Notes: generated from the sequence alone by a model not told the origin. 60,403 bases of DNA from Candidatus Adlerbacteria bacterium (GCA_037135035.1 JBAXLB010000004.1:1-60403), one strand, 5' to 3'; shown: positions 37,199 through 45,385, counted from the first letter of the stretch. Numbers and translations are program-made.

Positions 37199-37576
37199 AT
37201 GGCACTTTTAAGAACTCCTGAGGGTCAGAAAAAATACAAAGACCTCATTGATCAAGGAATCTTAGAGAAAGGCTGCGCTCTATGTCTTAGTGAATCTATA
37301 AAGACTTTTACACATTGGAAAATCATGCCTAATGCATTTCCATACGATCGTATAGCTAAGGTGCATGACATGATCGTTCCTCTTAGGCATTCGATAGAAG
37401 ACGATCTTACGGTTGAAGAATTAAAAGAGCTACATGAAATAAAAAATTCTTATATCCAAAAAGAATACGAGTTTATTATAGAAGCTACATATAAGGTAAA
37501 ATCTATTCCTGCACACTTCCATTTGCATCTACTCATCATTAAAGATTTTGAAGATGAAAAAAGTAATTTTGTTTGA
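37199..37576 (+). CDS. HIT-family (histidine triad) protein
   Basis: C-terminal HFHLHLL matches H-phi-H-phi-H-phi-phi. The gene is AT-rich. Confidence 0.6.
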   Translation: MALLRTPEGQKKYKDLIDQGILEKGCALCLSESIKTFTHWKIMPNAFPYDRIAKVHDMIVPLRHSIEDDLTVEELKELHEIKNSYIQKEYEFIIEATYKVKSIPAHFHLHLLIIKDFEDEKSNFV

Positions 37577-38141
37577 TGCAGATGGGGTGGTCATAAAGAA
37601 ACGGAAAGAATTTTTTAGTGATACGTTTGTGCGCGAACAGGGTGTCTCGTCTGAAGGGATAAATTCATTTTTCAAAAACCGTTTTCATGCCTGTCAAATT
37701 GGGAAAGCTGATATAAAAGAAGAACTTGAGCCGCTTTTGCCTGCATGGGGCTGGGATAAGTCGGTCGAGGAGTATTTGGACTATTGGTTTACGACTGATG
37801 TTATTTTGGATGATGAGGTTTTAGGGTTTGTAGAAGAATGTCGCGGTAAAGGGATTAAATGTTATTTAGCGACCGACCAGGAAAAATATCGCGCCATATA
37901 CTTCCGCGAACAAATTGGGCTCGACAAATACTTTGACGGTTGCTTTTTCTCCTATGAGTTAGGCGCAACCAAGTCACAGTCGGAATTTTTTAAGAAAGTG
38001 TTAGAAAAACTGAATGTATCGGCATCAGATGTTGCCTATACAGACGACGACCAGAAGAATGTCGACGTTGCTCAATCTCTTGGAATCGCGAGTCACTTTT
38101 TTACTGACATCGAAAACCTTCGTAAATTTCTACAACTTTGA
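37548..38141 (+). CDS. HAD-superfamily hydrolase
   Basis: Motif I VILFDADGVV and motif IV YTDDD. The start may be 37548 or 37554. Confidence 0.75.
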   Translation: MKMKKVILFDADGVVIKKRKEFFSDTFVREQGVSSEGINSFFKNRFHACQIGKADIKEELEPLLPAWGWDKSVEEYLDYWFTTDVILDDEVLGFVEECRGKGIKCYLATDQEKYRAIYFREQIGLDKYFDGCFFSYELGATKSQSEFFKKVLEKLNVSASDVAYTDDDQKNVDVAQSLGIASHFFTDIENLRKFLQL

Positions 38142-38165
38142 CTAAAAGTTAAGGCGTGGTATTAT
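38138..38165 (+). promoter_or_regulatory. sigma70 promoter of the T-box leader
   Basis: TTGACT-16 nt-(TGg)TATTAT with an extended -10. The -35 element overlaps the HAD gene stop codon. Confidence 0.65.
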
Positions 38166-38171
38166 TTATAT

Positions 38172-38400
38172 ATAAAGCGATGAAGGGGAATAGTAAGCGC
38201 AAGCTGAACCTACCCCAGAGCTGCACCCGAAAGGAGTGACGGAAGCCTAACCGTAAAACAGGGACACTAGTGTCGGTATACCGGAGCTAGTTACCAAGGT
38301 TCAGACAGCAATGTCTGGGCAAACAGTAAAGTGGTACCACGAGAAATCTCGTCTTTACACGGAACAATAGTTCTTTGTAGTGACGAGGTTTTTGTTTTTC
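38172..38400 (+). promoter_or_regulatory. T-box riboswitch leader, specifier CCU (Pro), ultrashort Stem I
   Basis: The elements found are listed below.
- K-turn AGCGATGA / AGAGCT.
- Specifier loop: 5' side AATAGTA, 3' side GAA-CCT-A, with CCT at 38209-38211.
- Apical 3-bp helix capped by GCAA.
- Stem III CAGACA-GCAA-TGTCTG.
- T-box sequence AAAGTGGTACCACGAG at 38328-38343.
- Terminator CTCGTCTTTACA/TGTAGTGACGAG followed by GTTTTTGTTTTT. Confidence 0.8.
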
Positions 38401-38414
38401 AACAGGAGCGAACG

Positions 38415-38630
38415 ATGGATGCAGTGGCAAAGTCTATCAAGCGTCATGAAGAAAAACTGCGGAGGAAAAAGCCGCCGCAAGAAGTTTCCAAAGTGCCGTG
38501 GGGGTGCGGTATGGGTTGGCCCGAGCTCAAGGACTATGAAAGCCTTGATGCGTATGTGGCAGCGCGGCGAGCAGCCGATCCCAGTTACACCTTTAGCCAC
38601 GATGGCAGGTTTTGGCTACTGCCCGGCTAA
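38415..38630 (+). CDS. 71-aa hypothetical protein directly downstream of the T-box terminator
   Basis: RBS CAGGAG lies 6 nt before ATG 38415, within track ORF 38331..38630. Sequence is MDAVAKSIKRHEEKLRRKKPPQEVSKVPWGCGMGWPELKDYESLDAYVAARRAADPSYTFSHDGRFWLLPG. Confidence 0.5.
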   Translation: MDAVAKSIKRHEEKLRRKKPPQEVSKVPWGCGMGWPELKDYESLDAYVAARRAADPSYTFSHDGRFWLLPG

Positions 38631-38638
38631 AAGCCGTT

Positions 38639-38670
38639 AAGGTCCGCGGTTACTCGTGGGCCTTTTTCTT
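38639..38670 (+). terminator. hairpin plus T-tract between the 71-aa ORF and the csaA-like gene
   Basis: AAGGTCCGC-(8 nt)-GTGGGCCTT (includes G-U pairs) followed by TTTCTTT. It may be a partial terminator. Confidence 0.4.
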
Positions 38671-38685
38671 TGTTAGAGTAGAGCT

Positions 38686-39024
38686 ATGATTACGTGGGAA
38701 GATTTTGAAAAGGTAGATATTCGGGCGGGGAGAATTGTTGATATTCAAGATTTTCCTGAAGCACGGAAACCCGCGTATAAATTTAAAATAGATTTTGGTT
38801 CAGACATTGGAGTTAAAAATTCTAGCGCCCAAGCAGTGGGTGCGCATACTAAAGAAGAGCTGCTAGGGAAGTTGGTGTGCTGTGTTGTAAATTTTCCTCC
38901 AAAACAAGTTGGACCGTTTATTTCAGAAGTGTTAACGCTTGGGTTTAAACATAACGCAGGGGACGGGTGGGTACTTATCCAGCCAAAGAAAGACTCAGTA
39001 GATATTGGCAGCAAGTTGCAGTAA
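38686..39024 (+). CDS. csaA: tRNA-binding domain protein (CsaA/Trbp111/YgjH family)
   Basis: ITWEDFEKVDIRAGRIV....FPEARKPAYK..IDFG........SSAQ.......E.L.GK.V..VVNF.PK.. is the EMAP/Trbp111 OB-fold signature. Confidence 0.8.
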   Translation: MITWEDFEKVDIRAGRIVDIQDFPEARKPAYKFKIDFGSDIGVKNSSAQAVGAHTKEELLGKLVCCVVNFPPKQVGPFISEVLTLGFKHNAGDGWVLIQPKKDSVDIGSKLQ

Positions 39025-39054
39025 AGAAAAAAGCTCCCGCAGATGCAGGAGCTT
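39025..39054. terminator. hairpin between convergent genes
   Basis: AAAAAA-AGCTCC..GGAGCT. The T-run is on the minus strand, so it serves 39081..39284. Confidence 0.5.
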
Positions 39055-39080
39055 GATGGGGTGGGTCCGACCTTATTTCA

Positions 39081-39284
39081 TCACCAGCCGACGCTTATTG
39101 CACCAGCCCCGAGCGCCCGAGCTGCGAGGAAATATAGGTTGTTCGGACTTCTGTAGATGAGGACTTTCGGGTCTTCGGGGGTTTTGCCATCTTTGGTGGC
39201 AGACGGAGGTTTGCCAGCGATCAAGTCCAATATTTCAGAGACTTCTCCGACCTTATTCCAAGCGACCGTTACGTGTACTTCCAC
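39081..39284 (-). CDS. hypothetical 67-aa protein
   Basis: Intact ORF with a downstream hairpin. No family recognised. Confidence 0.4.
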   Translation of the reverse strand: MEVHVTVAWNKVGEVSEILDLIAGKPPSATKDGKTPEDPKVLIYRSPNNLYFLAARALGAGAISVGW

Positions 39285-39392
39285 CCTTTACTCCTGTGGA
39301 TTATGGGTAGTGGCACTATACAGTCTGTTTATTTTTTCGCAATTATTTTTACATTCATGTAAGAATCATCCACTTTGTGCGTTTATATATAG

Positions 39393-39551
39393 ATGATGCA
39401 AAAGTTTGCAGACTATAAAGGCTCATGGGGCGCGATACTGCTTGTACTTGCAGTTGTGTTGGCATATTCGCTCTGGGGTGCGAGTATTTTAAGTGGCTAT
39501 AAAGCAAATACAGTGAGCGAACATGTAGCACAGAGCTTGGCGGTGAAGTAG
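39393..39551 (+). CDS. possible 52-aa single-TM micro-protein
   Basis: Below the ORF-track cutoff: MMQKFADYKGSWGAILLVLAVVLAYSLWGASILSGYKANTVSEHVAQSLAVK. Confidence 0.3.
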   Translation: MMQKFADYKGSWGAILLVLAVVLAYSLWGASILSGYKANTVSEHVAQSLAVK

Positions 39552-39582
39552 CGCCGTATTTTTATGGGGTACAATATGGAAG

Positions 39583-40152
39583 ATGGAAGAGAGTAGTTTT
39601 TTAAACCCGACTGCCGTGCTTGCCGCGGCACACATGCACGAAGGCATGCAGGTTGCAGACCTCGGGTGCGGGAGTGGTTTTTTTACCCGCGCCGCAGCGC
39701 GCCTGGTGGGCGAAGGCGGCACCGTGTGGGCAGTCGACGTGCACCGCGACATGTTGCCGCGGCTTAAAAATTTGGCCGCCGCTGAAGGTTTGCACAATGT
39801 CGAAGTGATGCATGGCGACATAGAACAGCCAAAAGGCAGCAGCTTGCCCGAAGCGCATTTTGACTTTTGTATCCTTTCCAATGTCCTTTTTTCTACCGAA
39901 GGCAAGCAGGCTGTCACCCGCGAGGTAAAACGCCTGCTTAAACGCGGCGGCCGCGCCCTGGTTGTCGACTGGTCGGGCTCGTTTGGGGGCTTGGGGCCAC
40001 ACGAAGGCCATGTGGTTACCGCTGCAACTGCAAAGAAGCTGTTTGAAGAATGTGGGTTAGCGTATGTCGAAGATGTTTCCGCCGGTGCCTACCACTGGGG
40101 ATTTGTCGTTCGCAAATCCGCCGGAGGCGGATCCGTCTCGGGCGGAAATTAA
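39583..40152 (+). CDS. class I SAM-dependent methyltransferase
   Basis: Motif I VADLGCGSGFF, followed by VWAVDV and LKRGGRALVVDW. Confidence 0.8.
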   Translation: MEESSFLNPTAVLAAAHMHEGMQVADLGCGSGFFTRAAARLVGEGGTVWAVDVHRDMLPRLKNLAAAEGLHNVEVMHGDIEQPKGSSLPEAHFDFCILSNVLFSTEGKQAVTREVKRLLKRGGRALVVDWSGSFGGLGPHEGHVVTAATAKKLFEECGLAYVEDVSAGAYHWGFVVRKSAGGGSVSGGN

Positions 40153-40179
40153 ATCAATAGTACAATTACAAACAGTATT

Positions 40180-41481
40180 ATGAAGATGACAAATTTCCAA
40201 CTTGTTTTTACCGGCATTTTTGTCGCTTTTATCGTGTGTGGGGTTATCGCATTTTCGCTTTATTCGGCTAAGGGTAGTAGCTTGGGGTCAGTACAAATTT
40301 GGGGGACGGTAAGCGGTGATTCCATGCAAAAGCTTTTGGAAGCAATGCGCCAACAAGATAAAGATTTTCAAAGTGTAGATTATACGCAAAAACCTGCCGA
40401 CACATATATAAATGATGTCATAAATGCTATGGCGAGTGGTACGGGGCCGGATATTATTTTGCTTTCACAAGACAACATTAGCGGTTTTTCAAATAAGTTA
40501 CTTACCATTCCATACAGTACGATATCGCAGTCTACCTATACTTCGTCGTATATAGACGAAGCCCGTTTGTTTTTAAACTCCCAGGGTACCGTAGCGATGC
40601 CTTTTATAGTCAACCCGCTTGTGCTGTATTGGAATCGCGATATGTTTGCAACTGCACAATTACCACAGCCACCAAAGTTCTGGGACGACCTACTTGTGAT
40701 GGCGCCCAAATTAACCTCGCTTGAGTCAGCTAACATTAAAAAAAGTGCCGTAGCACTTGGCGAATGGAGCAACATTTACTATGCAAAAGCGATACTTGCA
40801 ACCCTGTTTATGCAAGCAGGGGATGCTATTGTGGCACCCAATGCAAACGGTTATCCGGTCGCTGTGTTTGGTAATACTCCGGAGGGTGCTACTGAAAACC
40901 CAGCAGCTTCTGCTCTGCAGTTTTATACTGAATTCGCTAACCCTTCTAAGGTAACCTATTCCTGGAACCGCTCACTGCCAAGCTCAAAAGACTCTTTTGT
41001 GGCAGGTGATTTGGCGTTATATGTTGGTTTTGCAAGTGACTATGCAGAACTTATTACTCGCAACCCAAACCTCCGTTTTGGAGTTGCGCTATTGCCCCAA
41101 ATACAAGGGAATAGTACTAATTTGACCTTTGGACAATTAACAGGTTTGGCTATCCCACGGACCTCTGCAAACATTGCAGGTGCAGTTGCTGTGGCGCAAA
41201 GACTCACGAGTCAAAACGGTATTTCCACCGCTTCGCAAATATTTGGCCTTCCTGCGGTACGTTTTGACGTAGTTGCCGACACTTCGGCTAACACTGCGGC
41301 GCAGGTTTTTTATCAGTCCGCACTTGTTGCTCGTAGTTGGCTTGACCCAAACACCAAAGCGACAGACGAATTGTTTCAAACAATGATAAACTCTGTAACA
41401 AGCAACAAGTTATCGCCAGGCGGTGCTGTCCAAGAGGCCCATGCGTCGTTGCAAGCGCTTGTTCCGCAAAATACACAATGA
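40180..41481 (+). CDS. extracellular solute-binding protein (ABC SBP family 1-like), TM-anchored
   Basis: N-terminal TM anchor. The size and motifs (GTGPDIILLSQD, WNRDMF, PPKFWDDL) are typical of sugar-type SBPs. No permease or ATPase gene is adjacent. Confidence 0.65.
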   Translation: MKMTNFQLVFTGIFVAFIVCGVIAFSLYSAKGSSLGSVQIWGTVSGDSMQKLLEAMRQQDKDFQSVDYTQKPADTYINDVINAMASGTGPDIILLSQDNISGFSNKLLTIPYSTISQSTYTSSYIDEARLFLNSQGTVAMPFIVNPLVLYWNRDMFATAQLPQPPKFWDDLLVMAPKLTSLESANIKKSAVALGEWSNIYYAKAILATLFMQAGDAIVAPNANGYPVAVFGNTPEGATENPAASALQFYTEFANPSKVTYSWNRSLPSSKDSFVAGDLALYVGFASDYAELITRNPNLRFGVALLPQIQGNSTNLTFGQLTGLAIPRTSANIAGAVAVAQRLTSQNGISTASQIFGLPAVRFDVVADTSANTAAQVFYQSALVARSWLDPNTKATDELFQTMINSVTSNKLSPGGAVQEAHASLQALVPQNTQ

Positions 41482-41921
41482 TTTCTCTAAAGAAAATATT
41501 TTTGGTAAGTTTGTTTCTTTTGCTGCCAGTTGTTGTGGCTGCACAAAATCAGGGCGGTAATTCCTTACCGAACCAAGGAGGTACTAGCGCTCCAAATCAA
41601 GGAGGTAATTCCGTCACGCGGCTTACTAACCCGCTTGCAGCCGAAACCATTTGTGGCGCACTCAAATTGTTTTTAACAGTACTTCTTACATTGGCTATCC
41701 CCGTTGCAGTACTGTTTATTGTCTATGCAGGGTTTTTGTTTATATGGGCACGCGGTGACCCAAAAGGTCTCCAAAAAGCCAGGGCTAACCTCTTTTATGT
41801 AGTACTAGGTGTAGGGATATTTGTTGGTGCCTGGTTGTTGGGACAAGTTGTCGCAAACACGCTAAATGCGTTGGCACAAGGTGCTGGCAGCCCAAACCCA
41901 CAAATTGGTCAGTGTAAATAA
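41478..41921 (+). CDS. VirB2/TrbC-like (T4SS-pilin-like) two-TM protein, paralog 1
   Basis: ATGA overlap with the SBP stop. Signal peptide, then 3x NQGG[NT]S[LA]P, then two TM helices separated by the loop WARGDPKGLQKA. Confidence 0.55.
   Translation: MISLKKIFLVSLFLLLPVVVAAQNQGGNSLPNQGGTSAPNQGGNSVTRLTNPLAAETICGALKLFLTVLLTLAIPVAVLFIVYAGFLFIWARGDPKGLQKARANLFYVVLGVGIFVGAWLLGQVVANTLNALAQGAGSPNPQIGQCK
41547..41618 (+). repeat. 3 x 24-nt in-frame tandem repeat (NQGGNSLP / NQGGTSAP / NQGGNSVT)
   Basis: Read directly from the sequence AATCAGGGCGGTAATTCCTTACCG AACCAAGGAGGTACTAGCGCTCCA AATCAAGGAGGTAATTCCGTCACG. Confidence 0.8.
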
Positions 41922-41935
41922 ACTATATAATTTCT

Positions 41936-42262
41936 ATGCCTTTTACTTCCACCACGGCTAAATTTTCGGATCTAGTTGATCAACTTATTAAACTGATGAA
42001 TAGTTTTATTCCTCTCCTTATTGGAGTTGCGATAATATTCTTTTTTATAGGCCTTATACGCTACATATATAAGTCAGGAGACGCAAAAGGCCGTGCTGCT
42101 GGGCGCGACAATATCATCTGGGGGCTTATAGGGTTGTTTATTATATTTACTTTGTGGGGAATACTACGGTTTCTTCAGATTGCTTTTTTTCCTAATACCG
42201 TAGGGCAAATTAACGACCTTGGTAACCCGCGTTTCCCTACGACACAGAACCCCACTGCGTAA
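41936..42262 (+). CDS. T4SS-pilin-like two-TM protein, paralog 2
   Basis: LIPLLIGVAIIFFFIGLIRYIYKSGDAKGRAAGRDNIIWGLIGLFIIFTLWGILRF has the same architecture as paralogs 1, 3 and 4. Confidence 0.55.
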   Translation: MPFTSTTAKFSDLVDQLIKLMNSFIPLLIGVAIIFFFIGLIRYIYKSGDAKGRAAGRDNIIWGLIGLFIIFTLWGILRFLQIAFFPNTVGQINDLGNPRFPTTQNPTA

Positions 42263-42333
42263 TATTATCCACATGTCTTCCTTGTGAAGAGAGTATTGCT
42301 TGTTACACTAAAGGGGTATTAATATAAATTTAT

Positions 42334-42699
42334 ATGAAAAAGATATCACTTTTCGGTTCCCTTACTTTCTTACTTGTCCCTTTTATTGCTTCGGCTTCAA
42401 ATTTGGACAATATTATAAATATAATTAATGCGCTTGGTACGATTGTAAACAGGCTTATACCGCTTTTGGTGGGTGTTGCAATCATCGTATTCTTCTGGGG
42501 TTTAATCAAATATATACAGGCATCAGGCAAAGATGCTTCAGCTGGTAAAAATATCATGATAGCGGGTCTTATATCGTTGTTCGTCATGGTTTCCTTGTAC
42601 GGCATTATACGCTTTGCAGGAAGCGCAATTGGTATCAGTATAAACGGTGAAGGTAATGCTGGTCGCCCTACCGCACCTGCAATTCCTCCACAGATATAA
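42334..42699 (+). CDS. T4SS-pilin-like two-TM protein, paralog 3
   Basis: Signal peptide, then LIPLLVGVAIIVFFWGLIKYIQASGKDASAGKNIMIAGLISLFVMVSLYGIIRF. Confidence 0.55.
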   Translation: MKKISLFGSLTFLLVPFIASASNLDNIINIINALGTIVNRLIPLLVGVAIIVFFWGLIKYIQASGKDASAGKNIMIAGLISLFVMVSLYGIIRFAGSAIGISINGEGNAGRPTAPAIPPQI

Positions 42700-42726
42700 A
42701 ACCTCTCGCCTGGTTTCTTAACGATT

Positions 42727-43005
42727 ATGAGTGCTCAAGCCCAGTTACAGTTATGGAATCTTGTAAAAGTGTTCTCCGGCATAATCATTAAGCCACTGCT
42801 AGCCCTCTTATTTGGAATAGGGCTTTTAGTGTTTATATTTGGGATTGCTGAGTTTTTATTTGAGTTTAATGTACAAGGGAACCAGGGTTCAAAAGAAGCG
42901 GGCAAACAACATATGTTGTGGGGGCTTGTAGGGATGTTTATTATGGTGTCTGCGTACGCCATCCTTAAACTTATTGCAAGCACTGTGGGGCAGCCAATCG
43001 GATAG
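42727..43005 (+). CDS. T4SS-pilin-like two-TM protein, paralog 4
   Basis: LLALLFGIGLLVFIFGIAEFLF....GNQGSKEAGKQHMLWGLVGMFIMVSAYAILKL. Confidence 0.5.
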   Translation: MSAQAQLQLWNLVKVFSGIIIKPLLALLFGIGLLVFIFGIAEFLFEFNVQGNQGSKEAGKQHMLWGLVGMFIMVSAYAILKLIASTVGQPIG

Positions 43006-43021
43006 TTAGCTACACATAAAA

Positions 43022-43058
43022 GAAAAAACGCCAGAACCCCGAAAGGTCCTGGCGTTTG
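43022..43058. terminator. bidirectional terminator between the pilin-like array and the GC-rich island
   Basis: AAAAAA-ACGCCAGAACC-CCGAAA-GGTCCTGGCGT-TTGTCGTT. Confidence 0.7.
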
Positions 43059-43061
43059 TCG

Positions 43062-43538
43062 TTATCGAAAGAACTGAACTGCCTTTCGAGGCAGTAGCCA
43101 GTAGTAGTCGGTGAAGACCGTGTCTGCGGTCGCCACGAACTCGACGTCTACTGGCATCGGGTCGTATCGTCTCTTCTCGTCTGGCTCATTTGGCTTGTGG
43201 CAGACTTTAATTTTCTGGAACTCGTCCGTCTTGCCGGCCTGCCAGACGTAGATGCAGTGCCTTTCGTGCCAGAACCCTGGCGCACAGTGGCCGTTAGGAT
43301 TCACGCGGGTTGGAAGCTTTTTGTACTCCATCTGCTTCTTTTCGCCGTTGCACAATGCATTGGCCTGGAGAGTGAGAGGGTCTGGATAGACCTCCCTCTG
43401 GTTTTGCGCCGGCGCGTTGGCCGCCGTGTTTGGAGTCGGGGGTGCATTCCACCAGCTGTAGCTGTAATAGCCAATAACGACTGCTGCAACTCCCCAGAAT
43501 ACCCGACCCAAAATAGGTCGGAGAGTACGGGTTCTCAT
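43062..43538 (-). CDS. TM-anchored hypothetical protein with 4 Cys (GC-rich island)
   Basis: 158 aa. N-terminal TM helix FWGVAAVVIGYYSYSWW. No family recognised. Lies 3 nt downstream of the SPFH-like gene. Confidence 0.55.
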   Translation of the reverse strand: MRTRTLRPILGRVFWGVAAVVIGYYSYSWWNAPPTPNTAANAPAQNQREVYPDPLTLQANALCNGEKKQMEYKKLPTRVNPNGHCAPGFWHERHCIYVWQAGKTDEFQKIKVCHKPNEPDEKRRYDPMPVDVEFVATADTVFTDYYWLLPRKAVQFFR

Positions 43539-43541
43539 GAC

Positions 43542-44981
43542 TTATCCCTTCGGGTTTAGAGGGTTTTGACCTAATATCGATGCAGCACCAGCAAGCGGAT
43601 TGTCGGAACGCACGATATTTTCTTTTGCACGGCCGCGATTTACTCGAACCCATTCGGCCGCCATTGGATAGGTAACCCAACCGGGTTCCCCTTTCGTTAA
43701 TCCCTCATTCGCTTCGTCGCGATAGGCTTTAATAAGCCCCCGCTCCGTCTCGAAATCGGTTTGTTCTCCGGTCCGCTGCTGTTTTTCGCGAGCGCCTAAC
43801 TCAGCGTCGTCTCTAAGCTTGCCTTCCGGCTGGACTTCGATGACGTTGAGGCGGCGAATCCGAATGCCCAAACCGCGGACATCGGACGGCCCATCGCGCA
43901 GTATCGAGTCGAGGAAGTGCTCGAGTTCCGGCTTCTCCAATTTTGCAATCGGAGTCGCCGGGTCGATCAGTCCCTCCGTTTGATATTGCGGCTTGTTTCG
44001 GTCTTGCGGGTTGCGAACCGGGTTTTTATTCGCATCCTGCTTTACTTTTTCGGTCGGTTGAGCGCCGACAACTTTGCCAATTATTAGGACCGAGAGCAGC
44101 TCTTTCGACAGAGCTGCTTCCTCCCAGCTCATCCCGGCGACGACCTCACGAATGGTTTCGCCAATGATGTCGGAGAGGATGCCGTTCACCTTTTCTTCCA
44201 TGCCAGCATTGATGTACTGGCGCAGTCGAGTAGGGTCAGCCGTGTCCGGCTCGAAGGTAGTGCCCACCTTAATGGACACCGAACCACCACTGCGGCGTGC
44301 TGGAGGTGTTGCAGCCGCAGGAGTTCCTGCGGCAGGTGGGTCAGGCAAGTCAGAACAACGAACACCCGAGAAGGTAGTATCCTTGTTCTTTAACGACCCG
44401 TCGATTTCGATAAACGTTTCGAACGGTGGGAGCGCGAACGCGATCCGTGCCCCGACTACCTTATTTACTGGTGTGCCCCATAGTACAGGCACCCCAACGC
44501 TCGGCGGATTTGCCGGAATGGTGTACTCGGAGTTGGCCGCAAGAGCGACAGTGATGCCGAAGGCGATTAGTCCGAAAAACCAATGTCCCGTAAAAATCAG
44601 GAGCATTGATATTCCACACAGAACCACAAGTGCTTGCTCTGTGTAGGTAATTGAATTTCGGATTTTTTCGATTTCGTCCAGTAAAGTAGGTGTGGCCGAA
44701 GCCGCTGCGGCCGTAGTTGTAGGCGTCGCCGAAGCTGGTGTCGTCGGACCAGAAGGCTTTCGTATTGCCCGCATGGTCCGTTTATACATTACGGTGAAGC
44801 GTTTCTCGAAACGTCGCGCTAACCGCGGACGGTAGCGAACGATAAGACGCTTCAGTATGTAAGGTCCAACGGTCCCTGCTAAACCGATGAGGAATCCGTA
44901 GATGCCCCCAAGGTTATAGCTGATATAGAGAGCTACAACCTCAAGCACTGCGATCAGTACTACCATTTCTCTGCGATTCAT
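43542..44981 (-). CDS. SPFH/Band 7-like domain membrane protein (GC-rich island)
   Basis: ORF 43542..45017. ATG 44981 is preceded by GAAAGGAAAGG. The N-terminus has TM helices, a T/A/P-rich linker and more TM helices. The SPFH-like core is IPANPPSVGVPVLWGTPV.K..GARIAF.LPPFETFIEIDGS.K...F.......VSIKVGTTFEPD. The C-terminus is a charged helical region. Confidence 0.5.
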   Translation of the reverse strand: MNRREMVVLIAVLEVVALYISYNLGGIYGFLIGLAGTVGPYILKRLIVRYRPRLARRFEKRFTVMYKRTMRAIRKPSGPTTPASATPTTTAAAASATPTLLDEIEKIRNSITYTEQALVVLCGISMLLIFTGHWFFGLIAFGITVALAANSEYTIPANPPSVGVPVLWGTPVNKVVGARIAFALPPFETFIEIDGSLKNKDTTFSGVRCSDLPDPPAAGTPAAATPPARRSGGSVSIKVGTTFEPDTADPTRLRQYINAGMEEKVNGILSDIIGETIREVVAGMSWEEAALSKELLSVLIIGKVVGAQPTEKVKQDANKNPVRNPQDRNKPQYQTEGLIDPATPIAKLEKPELEHFLDSILRDGPSDVRGLGIRIRRLNVIEVQPEGKLRDDAELGAREKQQRTGEQTDFETERGLIKAYRDEANEGLTKGEPGWVTYPMAAEWVRVNRGRAKENIVRSDNPLAGAASILGQNPLNPKG

Positions 44982-45082
44982 AACCTTTCCTTTCAATGTC
45001 AACGTTCTGTGCGGCATCAGGCCGCGGGTGAAGTGAATGTCATCCGTAGGCTACGTAAAGTAGACCTACGGTATTCTTTAGA

Positions 45083-45112
45083 ATTATAGCATATTTATTG
45101 CTTCTTTGTCAA
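45083..45112 (-). promoter_or_regulatory. consensus sigma70 promoter for the SPFH-like gene
   Basis: Minus strand TTGACA-18 nt-TATAAT, followed by the 5'-UTR hairpin CCGTAGG..CCTACGG. Confidence 0.65.
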
Positions 45113-45125
45113 GCAAAAAAAGTAT

Positions 45126-45374
45126 TCAAAAATAAGGGTGGAAAAGAAAAAAGGCGGGATAGTCTCCGCCTTTTGCTCGGTTCTGGCCTACTCTAGTACC
45201 CACACAGTGGGAAGTGCGGACCCCGTTCACGTCGAACGTGTCGGGTGCGCACTTTTGTTTTTCGATGGGGACATGGCGCGGTGCGTAGTAGGCTCCGTAG
45301 ACATACCCATACCGGGGGCCTTCACCGCAGGCGCCGACAGCCAACGCCGCCAAGAGAGTGAAGCCGATTTTCAT
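45126..45374 (-). CDS. small lipoprotein (GC-rich island)
   Basis: ORF 45126..45407. ATG 45374 follows the RBS GGAG. The lipobox-like signal is MKIGFTLLAALAVGAC. Confidence 0.55.
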   Translation of the reverse strand: MKIGFTLLAALAVGACGEGPRYGYVYGAYYAPRHVPIEKQKCAPDTFDVNGVRTSHCVGTRVGQNRAKGGDYPAFFLFHPYF

Positions 45375-45385
45375 CTCCTTCACCA

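Noticed and set aside
38331-38640. 99-aa (GTG 38331) and 86-aa (38380) versions of the ORF after the T-box
   Set aside because: Both would start inside the T-box and terminator structure. The ATG at 38415 with the RBS CAGGAG is the only start compatible with the leader, and the 86-aa frame is Arg/Lys/Cys-rich.
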